55,680 bases of DNA. Source: Candidatus Aminicenantales bacterium. GTDB lineage: Bacteria > Acidobacteriota > Aminicenantia > Aminicenantales > UBA4085. Below, in pieces: positions 39,621-50,642 of the stretch (positions are counted from its first letter, which is position 1; each line of letters opens with the position of its first letter). Location: the NCBI GenBank assembly GCA_049515535.1, contig JBEKTZ010000002.1:91787-147466 (forward strand), given 5' to 3'. A program made the translations under genes and the position numbers. Under the pieces are notes generated by a model. The model made no database searches and had not been told where the DNA came from. It worked only from the letters and a program-made list of their open reading frames with translations.

Positions 39621-42600
39621 TTAGAACCCGGGGAAGAAACTGAACTGCCAGTACCAGCCTTTGGTTGGCCTGTCGAACGGATAGACGTAATTGACGCCTA
39701 GAACGACATATCCAAAAAGGTTCACGCGCAAACCCGCGCCCGCGCTTCGTATCAACTTCCGGTCGCCGCCGCTCACGAACCACGGCTTGTTTTGACTGTC
39801 CCAGGCCAGGCCCATGTCATAAAAGGCGAAGAAATCCACGGGAAAGATGCCATAGAACCCCCTCCCGAGGCCGAGGGCGCCGAACAGCGGGAAACGAAGC
39901 TCGAAATTGGCGACCATCATCCGGCTGCCGAAAAGCCTGTTCAGATCGAAGCCGCCGTTCGCCGTATCGACTTCTTCGGCGGTGAAGGAATTGTAATCAT
40001 AGCCCCGGATATTCCAGTCGTAGCCCAGGAACATCGGGTACAAGCGTTCGTCGTCGGCGCCTTTCCCATAGCGGCCGTAATGCATGACCCGGAGGGCCAG
40101 AGTGAAAGGCTTGACGGGCATAAAGTATTTTCGATAATCGGCCAGGATGGAATAATAGTTCAAAGAGCCGACAGTGGGGGAAATTTCGAGCCTGTAGCTT
40201 TGGCCGAGAATGGGAGCCGTAGCGCCGTTTAAGGAACTGTCGTAAACCAGGGCCGCGGACACATAGGCCATATGGAGACCCGGCGGAGAAGGAAGATCGG
40301 TCCGGTCATCGATCAGTAAGGGATTGCCGTACAAATCGTAATAGCTGGTGTAGATGACATTGTTGAACTGGATATAGTCATAGCCGCCGCTGAATTCGAG
40401 TCTCTGCATCTGGCTCAGGGGATAGGAAGCGAATCCGCCGAGCTCATAGTAGATCTGCCGGTAGAGGATTTCCTGTTCGATATACGTATCCCCTTGATAG
40501 CCGTAGGCATAATCTCCGTAGACATAGGGAATCCGCTGGGCGACGAAGCCGTAGTTCAAACGGTTCTTGGAATTCTGGTAGCCGACCATGGCCGCCGAGT
40601 CCATGAGGCGGCTGGACACCTGGGCCATCGTCATGAGATTATGCCAGCCGAGCATGTCGCTCCAATAGAGGGCGATGCCGCCTCCGCCGTACGCCCCATA
40701 GAAGCGATCATAGCCCACCCCGACCTGCGGCTGGCTGACGTAATCGAGCGTCAGCTTCGGCTTATAAGGACCGACGGAAAACTTGGACGGATCCGGGAGC
40801 CCATAGTTCGAATTCTTTATGAGCCCGAGGACCTCCGAGCCTTGGCGGTCCCGGGGAGGGAGGATGGCGGCCGAATAGAAAGGCGCCGCTTCGGGCGCCG
40901 GCGTTCCGGAAAGCAACGCCTGGGGCTCGATCGAATAGATGCTGAAGTCGCCGTTGCCGTAGACGCTGTAAAGAACATCGTTGGATTTGGCCGCGATGGA
41001 GAGGGCTGGACTCAAGCTCGTGATCCCGCTCACTCCCGTGTACAGATTCGTCACTTGGAAAAGCGCGCCGGACGACATATCCATCCGGTAAACATTGGGA
41101 ATGCCCCCCCTGTCGGCGATGAAGAAGAGGGATTTAGAATCGGCCGACCACTGCGGATTGATCTGCTTGCCTTCTTTAAAGGCCTTCAATGGCGTGATCT
41201 CTCCCGTTTCGGGATTCATCAAAGCCAGTTGATAATCTCCAATGCTCAAAGTGCTCAGTTGGCTCGTGAATCGTTCCGTGACGAATGCGATCCACCGGCC
41301 GTCGGGAGACCAGGCCGGATGGATGTCCCCGAACGGATCCTGAGTCATGTTCCTCAGGGCTTTCGTCTCGAGGTCGTAAATATAGATATCCGTGTAGCCT
41401 CCGGTCAGGCCCGAAAAGGCAATGCGCTTTCCGTCCGGCGACCAGGTGGGGTTCAGGATTTCGCCCAGCGTCGGGAACCTGATCTCGTCCGAGGCCTTGC
41501 CTCCTTCGTCATCCAGAAAGGCGAGGACCGGCTTGCCTTCGCTCACGGCGCCGAAGACGAAGCGTTTTCCAGCCATGTCCCATGAGCCGGCCGAATTGAT
41601 GAACTGGATGCTCTGGAAATGGGAATCCACGGCGGTTTTGGTCAGCTTCTTGTTGACTTTTCCGGTCTTGGCGTCGCCCATGAACATTTCAATGGAAAAC
41701 AGTTCCCGGGACGAGATGAAGACCACTTTCTTCCCGTCGGGGCTCAGCGAAGGCGCGACATTGTAAGGATTATCCTCGGCTCCTCTGATCAGAAGCTTTC
41801 CGGTCGTCTCGGGAAGCCGGGTCGCCTGGAAAATGGGATCATAGTCCTTCTTCAGCGCCTCCTGCCAATCCGTCGAAAGTTTCTCCAGCTTGACCCCGCA
41901 CGTTTTTTCCAGGGCTTTATCGTAATCCATGCCGCGGATAACACCCTTCAAGATGCTGGCAACGGCGATATCGCCGTATTTTCCGCCGATATATGCCCAG
42001 ACGGAATGTCCATAGCGGTAGGGAAAATATCTATACGGATCGCGCAAGTCCTTGATGGTAGGGAGTTTTTTCTTCTTGATCATGTCGCGCATCCACATCG
42101 CCGTGAGAGGATCCACGGGGCCGATCGAAAGATATTCGGCCATCCCTTCGATGAACCAGAGGGGCGCGCGTTCCAGGCCGCTTCCTCCCTGCTGGCCGAG
42201 TCGCGACCCCAGGGACGCGGCGAGATCGTACTGAAAAGCATGCACGAGCTCGTGGCCGATGACGTGGTCGGTGTCCGCGAGCGTGCCGCCGAAGGGAAGA
42301 ATGATCCGGCGCTTGATGGATTCCGTGACGCCGCCGGTCCCCTCGCTCATGACGTCCGGGATAACAGTCGTCTGCTCGAACTGGGGATGGCTGGCGTACA
42401 TGATCAAGGCCTGGCGGCCGCGCAATTCGGAACTGAACAGCCGGGACAGCCGTTTGTACCAGCGTTCCGCCATTTGTCCGGCGACTTTGACCGCCGCCTC
42501 CTCCTCCGGATAGAAATAGATGTCAAAATGTTCAGTTTTCAGGACTTTATAGTCAAATTTCTCATATTGGACCTTATTCCGGCCGAAATACTGGCCGAAG

Positions 42601-42692
42601 GCCGGCTGAAACCCTAAGCTAATGCCGAAGACGGCAAGGACCGAAAAAAGGATCCATTTTTTAGCCAAAGCGGGAAAAGGAATGGACGACAT
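39621..42692 (-). CDS. Omp85/BamA-family protein with N-terminal zincin (HELVH) and PD40/TolB-like propeller
   Basis: AGGAGG then ATG 42692; HELVHAFQ...WFIEGMAEY; WSPDG repeats; IRGY...ELRFP barrel motifs; terminal Phe. Confidence 0.85.
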   Translation of the reverse strand: MSSIPFPALAKKWILFSVLAVFGISLGFQPAFGQYFGRNKVQYEKFDYKVLKTEHFDIYFYPEEEAAVKVAGQMAERWYKRLSRLFSSELRGRQALIMYASHPQFEQTTVIPDVMSEGTGGVTESIKRRIILPFGGTLADTDHVIGHELVHAFQYDLAASLGSRLGQQGGSGLERAPLWFIEGMAEYLSIGPVDPLTAMWMRDMIKKKKLPTIKDLRDPYRYFPYRYGHSVWAYIGGKYGDIAVASILKGVIRGMDYDKALEKTCGVKLEKLSTDWQEALKKDYDPIFQATRLPETTGKLLIRGAEDNPYNVAPSLSPDGKKVVFISSRELFSIEMFMGDAKTGKVNKKLTKTAVDSHFQSIQFINSAGSWDMAGKRFVFGAVSEGKPVLAFLDDEGGKASDEIRFPTLGEILNPTWSPDGKRIAFSGLTGGYTDIYIYDLETKALRNMTQDPFGDIHPAWSPDGRWIAFVTERFTSQLSTLSIGDYQLALMNPETGEITPLKAFKEGKQINPQWSADSKSLFFIADRGGIPNVYRMDMSSGALFQVTNLYTGVSGITSLSPALSIAAKSNDVLYSVYGNGDFSIYSIEPQALLSGTPAPEAAPFYSAAILPPRDRQGSEVLGLIKNSNYGLPDPSKFSVGPYKPKLTLDYVSQPQVGVGYDRFYGAYGGGGIALYWSDMLGWHNLMTMAQVSSRLMDSAAMVGYQNSKNRLNYGFVAQRIPYVYGDYAYGYQGDTYIEQEILYRQIYYELGGFASYPLSQMQRLEFSGGYDYIQFNNVIYTSYYDLYGNPLLIDDRTDLPSPPGLHMAYVSAALVYDSSLNGATAPILGQSYRLEISPTVGSLNYYSILADYRKYFMPVKPFTLALRVMHYGRYGKGADDERLYPMFLGYDWNIRGYDYNSFTAEEVDTANGGFDLNRLFGSRMMVANFELRFPLFGALGLGRGFYGIFPVDFFAFYDMGLAWDSQNKPWFVSGGDRKLIRSAGAGLRVNLFGYVVLGVNYVYPFDRPTKGWYWQFSFFPGF

Positions 42693-42988
42693 AGTCAAGC
42701 CTCCTTTACGATCAGGACGGCCGATTCGGCTCGTCCTTTTCCGGAACCACAAATATCATGTCTCATGAACTCAACTTCTATTCAAAACCTAGAACTCTAT
42801 TCTTTCGTTCCTATATTATACAAGAAATGTGCCATTCTGCTATCCCTTATAGCGGAAAAACGACCATTTTGAAATGTCCTTATTTTGGGACAGTCAGGAG
42901 GACAGGTCGTCCTCAGCGCGCCTTTGCGCCCGCCTATGTTCTCCAAAAAATTAGACAACCTCGGAAGGCAATTTCTTTGAACGGGAGG

Positions 42989-45637
42989 TTATTTCCTAAC
43001 ATCCACCCTGGCCGAAAGGACTCTGCCCTTCCGGCCTGAATCCGCTTCGAATCCGGGAAGGACTCCTCCAACGGCAACCTCGAAGATTCCCGGCTCGACC
43101 TTTTTCTTGAGATTCTTGTCGATCAGCGAAAACTGGTCCGGATTGAGCGTAAATGAAACAGTCTGCTTTTCGCCCGGATTCAGATGGATGCGTTTGAACC
43201 CCTGAAGGGAAAGCAAAGGAACCGGAACGGACGCGTCGATGTCTCGAATATACAATTGCACGACCTCCTCCCCCGCCCTGGTCCCGATATTTTTAACCTC
43301 GACGGAAACGGGCAGCGGAGAATCCATTTTGCTCGTTTTCGGAAGGGACATGTTGGAGTATTCGAAATTCGTGTAGCTCAGGCCAAATCCGAAGGGATAA
43401 AGCGGCGCGCCCTGGAAATAGCGATAGGTCCGGCCTTTCATCCCGTAGTCCTTGAACGGCGGAAGCTCTTCCGCGGATTTATAAAACGTGACCGGCAGCC
43501 TTCCCGCCGGATTGTAATCGCCGAAAAGGACATCCGCGATGGCTCGGCCGGCCGCCTGCCCAGGATACCAAACTTCGAGGATCGATGGGACGTTCACGCT
43601 CGCCCAGTTGACGGCGATCGCGCTCCCGTTCAAAAGCACGAGGACGACGGGCTTCCCCGTTTCCACGACGGCTTTTAGAAGATCTTCCTGTTCGCCGGGC
43701 AAATCCAGCGTCAGTCGGTCGCCCCCCGCGAAGCCGGCAACGGGGACGTCCATTTCCTCTCCTTCCAGACGGGGCGAGAGTCCCATGATGCAAATGACCG
43801 CATCCGCTTGACGGGCTTTCTCGATGGCGTCTTTCCGCGCGCCCTGATCAGGGACCTTCCAAAGCAGGCGCATGTTCGCCTCGCCGGAACGCTCGAAATA
43901 CTCGATCTTGATCTTTTGGGATTTCCCGCGGACAAGTTCGACCGCCTTATAAATTTTTCTCGGCTCATGAGTCCCGTTGAACTGGACAAAGAGCTTGTCG
44001 TCGAGAAAAATTCGAAAACCGTTGAAACCTTCCGCGCCGAGGATATAGGTGCCGGTCAGGGGAGGCACGATCTCGCCCGTCCATCGCACGCCGAAATCGT
44101 CGGCGTCAAGATGCGGATCCGGCGCGCCGTCCCACCACTGGAAATCGATCTTTTCATCGACGCGAACGAACGCGGGCTCGCCGCGAAAATCGCGATTGGC
44201 GAAATATTCTCCGGTCAGTCCGCGAATTTTTTTCCCGGCTTCGGTCGTGGCCAAGGCGGTCGCCGGGACCACATCCAGGCTCGGCATATTTTTGGCCCAA
44301 TCGCAGCCGAGGGCATGGAGGACCCGCGTCCCCGGCCCGACCTTGTCGATGATGCCTTCGAGCGGAGTGACGGGACTTTTGGGGGTCCCGTTATAGTTGC
44401 CGAGGAGGACTTCCACGTCGTCCGCGTTCGGCCCGATGACGGCGATGGTCTTCAGGTCCTTCGCCAAAGGGAGCAGATGCTTGTCGTTCTTGAGGAGGAC
44501 GATGGATTTCCTCGCGGCTTCGAGCGCCAGAATTCTGTTCGGTTCGCTGTCCACCACGGAATAAGGGATCTTCGCGTACGGCACCAAGTCCGGAGGATCG
44601 AACATCCCGAGCTTGAAGCGTGCCCTAAACAGTCTTTTCAAGGAACCATCGATCTCCTTTTCCGTCAGCAGACCTTTTTTCACGGCTTCGAGAAGACCTT
44701 TAAATTCGCTGCCGCAATTAAGGTCGCAGCCCGATTTGACGGCCATGGCGGCGGCTTCCGCGGACGTCGAAACCAGGCGATGGCCCGTCCGGATATCGTT
44801 GACCGCGTCGCAGTCCGATACGACATATCCGTCAAATCCCCATTCTTTTCGGAGAATCTCCGTCAGGAGCTTGGCGCTCCCGCAGCAGGGTTCCCCCAGA
44901 ACCCTGTTGTAGGCGCACATGACGGAAAACGCCTTGGCCTCTTCGACGCAGGCCTGGAAATGCGGAAGGTAGGACTCCCGGAAATCGCGTTCGTCGATGA
45001 CCGCATCGAAGGAGTGTCGGTCGGGCTCGGGCCCGCTATGGACAACGTAATGCTTTGGCGTGGCCACGACTTTCAGGTAATGAGGATCGTTCCCCTGCAT
45101 CCCGCGGATGAAGGCGACGCCCATCCGCCCGGTCAGATACGGGTCTTCGCCGTAAGTCTCCATCCCTCGGCCCCAGCGCGGGTCGCGGAAAAGGTTGATG
45201 TTGGGCGACCAGAATGTGAGGCCCTGATAAAGACCGCGCAGACCGCGCCGGACGAATTCGTGATGCTTGGCTCGGGCTTCGTCCGAAATCGCGGAAGCGA
45301 CCCGCAACATGAGGTCGACGTCCCAGGTGGCAGCCAGGCCGATGGCCTGGGGAAAAACCGTGGCCAGCCCGGCCCTGGCGACTCCGTGCAACCCCTCGCT
45401 CCACCAATTGTAAGCCGGGACGCCGAGGCGGTCGACGGCCGGAGCGTCATTCATCATCTGCGAGATTTTCTCTTCGAGGGTCAGGCGGGAAACAAGGTCC
45501 TCCACCCGTTTTTCGAGCGGCTGGATGGGGTCTTTATAGGCTGGAAGCGGAACCGACTTGTGCGCACACGCGATAAAACCGAAAGCGAGGACCATCGCTG
45601 CCAGGGGTCCGAGCTTGATTGTTTTCACTGCGCTCAT
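42989..45637 (-). CDS. GH3 beta-glucosidase/xylosidase with PA14 insert (lipoprotein)
   Basis: WSEGLHG, RDPRWGRG.ETYGED, KHY, VVSDC, VLLKN, PAGRLPVTFY, Fn3-like end. Confidence 0.93.
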   Translation of the reverse strand: MSAVKTIKLGPLAAMVLAFGFIACAHKSVPLPAYKDPIQPLEKRVEDLVSRLTLEEKISQMMNDAPAVDRLGVPAYNWWSEGLHGVARAGLATVFPQAIGLAATWDVDLMLRVASAISDEARAKHHEFVRRGLRGLYQGLTFWSPNINLFRDPRWGRGMETYGEDPYLTGRMGVAFIRGMQGNDPHYLKVVATPKHYVVHSGPEPDRHSFDAVIDERDFRESYLPHFQACVEEAKAFSVMCAYNRVLGEPCCGSAKLLTEILRKEWGFDGYVVSDCDAVNDIRTGHRLVSTSAEAAAMAVKSGCDLNCGSEFKGLLEAVKKGLLTEKEIDGSLKRLFRARFKLGMFDPPDLVPYAKIPYSVVDSEPNRILALEAARKSIVLLKNDKHLLPLAKDLKTIAVIGPNADDVEVLLGNYNGTPKSPVTPLEGIIDKVGPGTRVLHALGCDWAKNMPSLDVVPATALATTEAGKKIRGLTGEYFANRDFRGEPAFVRVDEKIDFQWWDGAPDPHLDADDFGVRWTGEIVPPLTGTYILGAEGFNGFRIFLDDKLFVQFNGTHEPRKIYKAVELVRGKSQKIKIEYFERSGEANMRLLWKVPDQGARKDAIEKARQADAVICIMGLSPRLEGEEMDVPVAGFAGGDRLTLDLPGEQEDLLKAVVETGKPVVLVLLNGSAIAVNWASVNVPSILEVWYPGQAAGRAIADVLFGDYNPAGRLPVTFYKSAEELPPFKDYGMKGRTYRYFQGAPLYPFGFGLSYTNFEYSNMSLPKTSKMDSPLPVSVEVKNIGTRAGEEVVQLYIRDIDASVPVPLLSLQGFKRIHLNPGEKQTVSFTLNPDQFSLIDKNLKKKVEPGIFEVAVGGVLPGFEADSGRKGRVLSARVDVRK

Positions 45638-45670
45638 TAACGATCCGGGGGCGAGAAGATCCGACGCGGA

Positions 45671-45952
45671 TTACTTTTCGACTTTTTCAACGACGATCGT
45701 CAACTTGGAGACAAGCGCGGCGATCGCCCCGACCGCGGCCAGAACCGGGGCCAGCGCCGCGCCGATGATCCCGACCGTCAGCGGGATCTCAAGAAACACT
45801 TTCCCCTGTTCGTCTTTGAGAATGATCCGACGGATATTCCCTTCATGAATGACTTCCTTGATCTTGTCGAGGATTTCACCGCCGTTCAATTTGAATTCCT
45901 CGGTCCGGGTCTTTCCCGTCGTCTTTTGGTCTTTTTTTTCTTCATCGGTCAT
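45671..45952 (-). CDS. DUF4342 family small protein
   Basis: KIKEVIHEGNIRRIILK...LEIPLTVG...APVLAAVGAIAAL; AGGAGG RBS. Confidence 0.8.
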   Translation of the reverse strand: MTDEEKKDQKTTGKTRTEEFKLNGGEILDKIKEVIHEGNIRRIILKDEQGKVFLEIPLTVGIIGAALAPVLAAVGAIAALVSKLTIVVEKVEK

Positions 45953-46034
45953 GGTTGCCTCCTGATCTAAAAATGTCGTCCCTATTCACAGGACTATACG
46001 GAAAACCGGGAGAAAGAGTTCAATGGGATCCCGA

Positions 46035-47882
46035 TTATCCGGCGCTGCCGCCGCCTCCTCCTCCGCCTCCTCCTCCGCCGCCGCTGAATCCCCCTCCTCC
46101 TCCGGACGAATAATAGGCCGCGGACGTGCTGGCCTGCTGGATGGTCGTGGACATGGCATTGATGCTGCCGATCATATGCTCCAGGCTCCCGGAGCTGATG
46201 AACCCGCCCCGATCGAAGCCGTAATACCAGACCGGCACGGCTGAACGCCCGTCTTCGAGAATGACCGGCAGCATCTTAATGATCTTCTTAGCGCTGCCGA
46301 ACAGGATGCCGAACACGAGATACTGCTCCCAAAGCTTATAGGCTTCGGGCGGGATCTCCTTGAAGTTTGAAAAATCATGGAGAAACCGGTCGAGGGCTTT
46401 CCACAGCTCGTATTCATGGGCCCATGTCATGGACCGCCGTTTCAACTTGGGGATCAGGCCCCCGCAGATGACGCCCAGGATCGGGTTGGCGGTTAGGATG
46501 GCCAGCGGCAGCGTGACGACGGCAAAGATGGTCCGCATCCGGAGGCTGGCCGGCTCGATGAACTCGCGTTTTTTCCCTTCCTCCTTGATGTCCTTGGCCC
46601 AGGCCTGATACCACTTCTGGAATTGCTGCGGATGGCGCTTGAAATATTTTTTCAGATCATCCAATGTCAGACGGGCTCCTTTGAGATTGCCTTGTTCACC
46701 GATCTCTCCGAATATGAGGTCCAACAGGTCTTTCTCGAAACCGAGCAGTTCCCGGTCATCCTGATAATCCTTCTTGAGAGTCAGGGTCGTCTCATAATCC
46801 TGCCGGATTCCGAAGATGGCTTTCTTTTCGATGATCCGGTCCTCCATTTCGATCAGGCCGCGGCGGGCCATGTCGAAAATCGTGGCCGTGAAGGACCGGG
46901 GCGTGATACCGGTGCCTTCCTTCATCAAATTCTCGACGAGCGCCGGAGGCAGCTTCGACGGCGGCTCGTGCATATACAAAGGAACATCGGGGAAACGGTA
47001 ATCCCGCCCGACCTTTCGCCAGAACCGGAGATAGAACGGGAGCCAGACGAGCGGGCCAAGGAAGAGCCAGGCCAGCCAGACGCCGATGATCTTTTTATAA
47101 GTCCCGGCCCGACGATCGGCGGCTTCCCGGGCTTGTTTCGCTCTGGCGATGGTGTCTTGGACGAAACGGGCCTCTTCCTCCCGGATGGATTCGAGCGTAT
47201 GACGGTCGGAAGGGACGCCTATCACCAGACCGGCCGGCCAGACGACGCGGATCTCCAGGAACTGGCCCGCGCGGAGATCCGTGGCCGTGAAGCGCACGTT
47301 GCCCGTATCCAGGATTTCGGAAAATCCGGAAAGGGGGCCGTGGCCGTAGACGAGAATGTCCTTCATGTCTTTGACCGGAACCGGAAGATGGACCAGAACC
47401 TCGGCTTCTTTCGTGGGCTTGTCCCAACCGCCGCCGATAGCCTGCCAGTAAAGTTCGGAGACATGGGGATAGCTGATGATGCCGCCGCGAGCCCGGTAAT
47501 GGATGTGAAAAGTCCGGCGCTCGTTGCCGGCCGAAAAGGACCATTTGGCCTCGAACCTTTCCCCTCGATTTCCGATCTCGGTCTTCAGCGCCGCGTCGTT
47601 CTCGTCCATGACCAGAAAATCCTCGATCGAAACGGCATAACCGTAGCCCTGCCGCTCGACGCGGAGCGGAATCCAGAGCGAGGCCCAGCTGAATCTTCCC
47701 TTGAATTCGTAGGTGCGATATTCATCGACCGTGAACACGCCGTCGCCGGCGATCTGAATGTCGATCCTGACCTTCGGAAAATAGAAGGTCTTCGTGGCGG
47801 CGGGTAGAAGGATGGCCAATCCCCAAAAAAGCAGGATCCCGGCGAAAAATCGATATCGCGCCGGCGGGACGGACTTGATCAT
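46035..47882 (-). CDS. DUF2207 family membrane protein
   Basis: ELYWQAIG, GHGPLSG, ATIFDMARRG, LWEQYLVFG, poly-Gly C-terminus. Confidence 0.85.
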   Translation of the reverse strand: MIKSVPPARYRFFAGILLFWGLAILLPAATKTFYFPKVRIDIQIAGDGVFTVDEYRTYEFKGRFSWASLWIPLRVERQGYGYAVSIEDFLVMDENDAALKTEIGNRGERFEAKWSFSAGNERRTFHIHYRARGGIISYPHVSELYWQAIGGGWDKPTKEAEVLVHLPVPVKDMKDILVYGHGPLSGFSEILDTGNVRFTATDLRAGQFLEIRVVWPAGLVIGVPSDRHTLESIREEEARFVQDTIARAKQAREAADRRAGTYKKIIGVWLAWLFLGPLVWLPFYLRFWRKVGRDYRFPDVPLYMHEPPSKLPPALVENLMKEGTGITPRSFTATIFDMARRGLIEMEDRIIEKKAIFGIRQDYETTLTLKKDYQDDRELLGFEKDLLDLIFGEIGEQGNLKGARLTLDDLKKYFKRHPQQFQKWYQAWAKDIKEEGKKREFIEPASLRMRTIFAVVTLPLAILTANPILGVICGGLIPKLKRRSMTWAHEYELWKALDRFLHDFSNFKEIPPEAYKLWEQYLVFGILFGSAKKIIKMLPVILEDGRSAVPVWYYGFDRGGFISSGSLEHMIGSINAMSTTIQQASTSAAYYSSGGGGGFSGGGGGGGGGGGGSAG

Positions 47883-48096
47883 GCTAGGACCTTTTCATCG
47901 TCACGCTCGGAATAAGAGATTATTATCACAACTCTTTCCTCTTGTCCAAGCGGCGAAACGGATATCGCACGCATCACAGCCACGGCCCCAGCGCGTTCGT
48001 GCGGCTCGACGTCCTCTTTTGTTGACAAAGAAACGGAATTTATATATTTTTCGTACTACATGAGAATAGTGTTTCCCCTGTGAAAGGTAGGTGGGC

Positions 48097-49302
48097 ATGA
48101 GCGTTAAATTCCGTCTTGGCACCATGATGTTCCTGCAATACGCCATCTGGGGAGCCTGGGCTCCCATCCTGACCGACTATCTCCAAAACACTTTGCATTT
48201 CAGCGGAGGCCAGTACAGCTTCATCATGAGCCTGCTTCCCATTGCTATGATCTTCGCTCCGCTCATCGGAGGACAGCTCGCCGACCGCTTCTTTCCCTCG
48301 CAGAAGGTCATCGCCGTCCTTCAGCTTATCGGCGGCGGCATTCTCCTTCTCGGAGCGGCGGTGTCGTCCTATTCGGGCATGATCTGGGTGATGCTCGTTT
48401 ATTGCCTGATTTACGCCCCGACCTTGGCCCTGACAAACTCCATCGCCTTCATCAATCTGAAGAATTCCGAAAAAGATTTCGGCAAGATCCGGGTCTGGGG
48501 GACGATCGGCTGGATCGCGGCCGGATGGTGCCTGGTCGGATTCAGATCTTTGGCCAAGACCGTTCCCGCTTTGGCCTTCCGGGGCGATCTCCTCTTTCTC
48601 GCCGGCATTTTCTCCATCATCATGGGGCTTCAATCCTTCACGCTGCCCAACACGCCTCCCCAGAAGGAAGGGACAAAGCCCTGGGCATTCCTGGAAGCCA
48701 TGAAGATGCTCAAGGACAAGGACTTTTTCATCTTCACGTTCATTTCGTTCATCGTCGCCACGGAACTCCAGTTCTACTACGTCCTGACCGCGCCGTTTTT
48801 GACATCGTCGAAAATCGGTGTCGCCAGCCGCTCGGTCTCCGGCGTCATGACCATTGCCCAAGTCGCCGAGATCTTCGTCATGGCTTTGCTCCTGCCCAAA
48901 TTCCTGCCCAAGAACGGTATCAAGAAGACCATGACGCTGGGGGTGCTTGCCTGGCCGTTGCGCTATATCATTTTTGCGATCGGCGCTCCCGCCTGGCTGG
49001 TCATCGCTTCGCTGGCCTTGCATGGCTTCTGCTACGTCTTTTTCTTCACGGCGGCTTTCATCTACGTGGACATGATCGCTCCGACCGATCTCCGAGCCTC
49101 GGCCCAGAGTCTGATCGCCGTCGTGATTCTCGGGATCGGGAGCTTCCTCGGCAGCAACTTCGCCGGCTGGATCAAGGACCTGTTCACGACGGCGGACGTG
49201 ACTAAATGGCGGAACGTGTTTCTTGTGCCCATGGTCCTGACGCTCTTGTGCGCGGTTCTGTTCGTCGCCCTGTTCAAAGAGAAGAAAGCGGCCCAGGCGT
49301 AA
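48097..49302 (+). CDS. MFS nucleoside:H+ symporter family (NupG/YegT-like)
   Basis: MMFLQYAIWGAW, GQLADRFF, PTLALTNS, IRVWGTIGWI, LHGFCY.FFF. Confidence 0.88.
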   Translation: MSVKFRLGTMMFLQYAIWGAWAPILTDYLQNTLHFSGGQYSFIMSLLPIAMIFAPLIGGQLADRFFPSQKVIAVLQLIGGGILLLGAAVSSYSGMIWVMLVYCLIYAPTLALTNSIAFINLKNSEKDFGKIRVWGTIGWIAAGWCLVGFRSLAKTVPALAFRGDLLFLAGIFSIIMGLQSFTLPNTPPQKEGTKPWAFLEAMKMLKDKDFFIFTFISFIVATELQFYYVLTAPFLTSSKIGVASRSVSGVMTIAQVAEIFVMALLLPKFLPKNGIKKTMTLGVLAWPLRYIIFAIGAPAWLVIASLALHGFCYVFFFTAAFIYVDMIAPTDLRASAQSLIAVVILGIGSFLGSNFAGWIKDLFTTADVTKWRNVFLVPMVLTLLCAVLFVALFKEKKAAQA

Positions 49303-49316
49303 AAAAGAGGTCGGCC

Positions 49317-50567
49317 ATGAAAAAGAAAACGTTAGGCATCGGCATCATCGGCGGAGGATTCATCGCTCGCTTCCACATCAGGTCCTGGGTCGGCGTCCGC
49401 GACGCGGACATCCTCGGCATTTTCGATCCCGACCGGAAACGGGCCGAAGAGGCGGCCGCGCTCGCCCGGAAGCTGAATGTCGGCCGGGCGAAGACGTACT
49501 CCTCCGTGACGGAGATGCTCGCCGATCCGGCCATCGATGCGCTCTGGATCGGAGCGCCGAACTACACGCGGCTGGCCGTCATGGAAGAAATCGTCCAGGC
49601 CCTGCTCAAGGGGAAGGGCGAACTCCTCGGCGTCGCCTGTGAAAAACCGCTGGGCCGGAACGTCAAGGAAGCGCGCAAAATGCTCGAACTCGCCGCCAGG
49701 GCGAATCTTCTCGACGGGTATCTTGAAAACCAGGTGTTCGCGCCGTCCGTCGTCCGCGGCAAGGACATCATCTGGGCACGAGGCGCCGCGATCTCCGGAC
49801 CGCCGTATCTGGCGCGCGCGGCCGAAGAGCACAGCGGCCCGCACATGCCCTGGTTCTGGGAAGGGACGCTCCAGGGCGGCGGCGTGCTCAACGACATGAT
49901 GTGCCACTCGGTGGAGGAGGCGCGGTTCATGCTGACGCCACCGGGCGCGCCGCGGGATGTCCTTACGCCGGTGAGCGTCACCGCTTATACGAACTGTCTC
50001 AAGTGGCAGGAGCCGTTTTACGCGAAAATCCTGGCCAGGAACAGCGGCGGCAAGACCGATTACATCAACCGCCCGGCCGAAGACTTCGCCCGCTCGCTCG
50101 TGGAGTATCGAAATCCAAAAGGCAAAAAGATCGTGGTCGAAACGACCACTTCCTGGTGCTATATCGGCGCCGGCCTGCGGCTGACCATGGAATTGCTCGG
50201 ACCGGAATATTCTCTGGCCATCAACACCCTCGATTCCGGGTTGAAGATCTTCTTCAGCCGCAACGTTCGTGGAAAATCCGGAGAGGACCTGGTCGAAAAG
50301 CAAAATGCCGAAATCGGACTCATGCCGGTCGTGGCCAGCGAAGAAACCGAGTACGGGTACATCGCCGAGAACCGGCACATGGTCCAGTCGTTCCTGAAAG
50401 GCCGACGGCCCGAGGAGAATTGGAGCGACGGCGTGAACGTCACCGAACTTTTGATGACGGCCTACATGAGCGCGGAGAAGGAAAAGACCATCCCCTTCCC
50501 GCCGCCGGGGCTCGAGAATTACGTTCCTTCCGTGGCGAAGGGGACCTGGAATCCGAGAGGAAAATGA
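49317..50567 (+). CDS. Cytoplasmic Gfo/Idh/MocA oxidoreductase
   Basis: GIIGGGFIA, ACEKP, GGGVLNDMMCH. Confidence 0.88.
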   Translation: MKKKTLGIGIIGGGFIARFHIRSWVGVRDADILGIFDPDRKRAEEAAALARKLNVGRAKTYSSVTEMLADPAIDALWIGAPNYTRLAVMEEIVQALLKGKGELLGVACEKPLGRNVKEARKMLELAARANLLDGYLENQVFAPSVVRGKDIIWARGAAISGPPYLARAAEEHSGPHMPWFWEGTLQGGGVLNDMMCHSVEEARFMLTPPGAPRDVLTPVSVTAYTNCLKWQEPFYAKILARNSGGKTDYINRPAEDFARSLVEYRNPKGKKIVVETTTSWCYIGAGLRLTMELLGPEYSLAINTLDSGLKIFFSRNVRGKSGEDLVEKQNAEIGLMPVVASEETEYGYIAENRHMVQSFLKGRRPEENWSDGVNVTELLMTAYMSAEKEKTIPFPPPGLENYVPSVAKGTWNPRGK

Positions 50568-50608
50568 TGACATTATCGTTGTTATGGCGCGGGTCCTGCC
50601 GGGCACTC

Positions 50609-50642
50609 TTGGAGGAAAACCCTTTTTTGGGTTTCCCTCCAA
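50609..50642. repeat. Intergenic inverted repeat (REP-like hairpin)
   Basis: TTGGAGGAAAACCC-TTTTTT-GGGTTTCCCTCCAA, one mismatch. Confidence 0.7.

Noticed and set aside
46035..46110. CCT/CCG low-complexity repeat
   Set aside because: Encodes the normal poly-Gly tail of DUF2207 proteins
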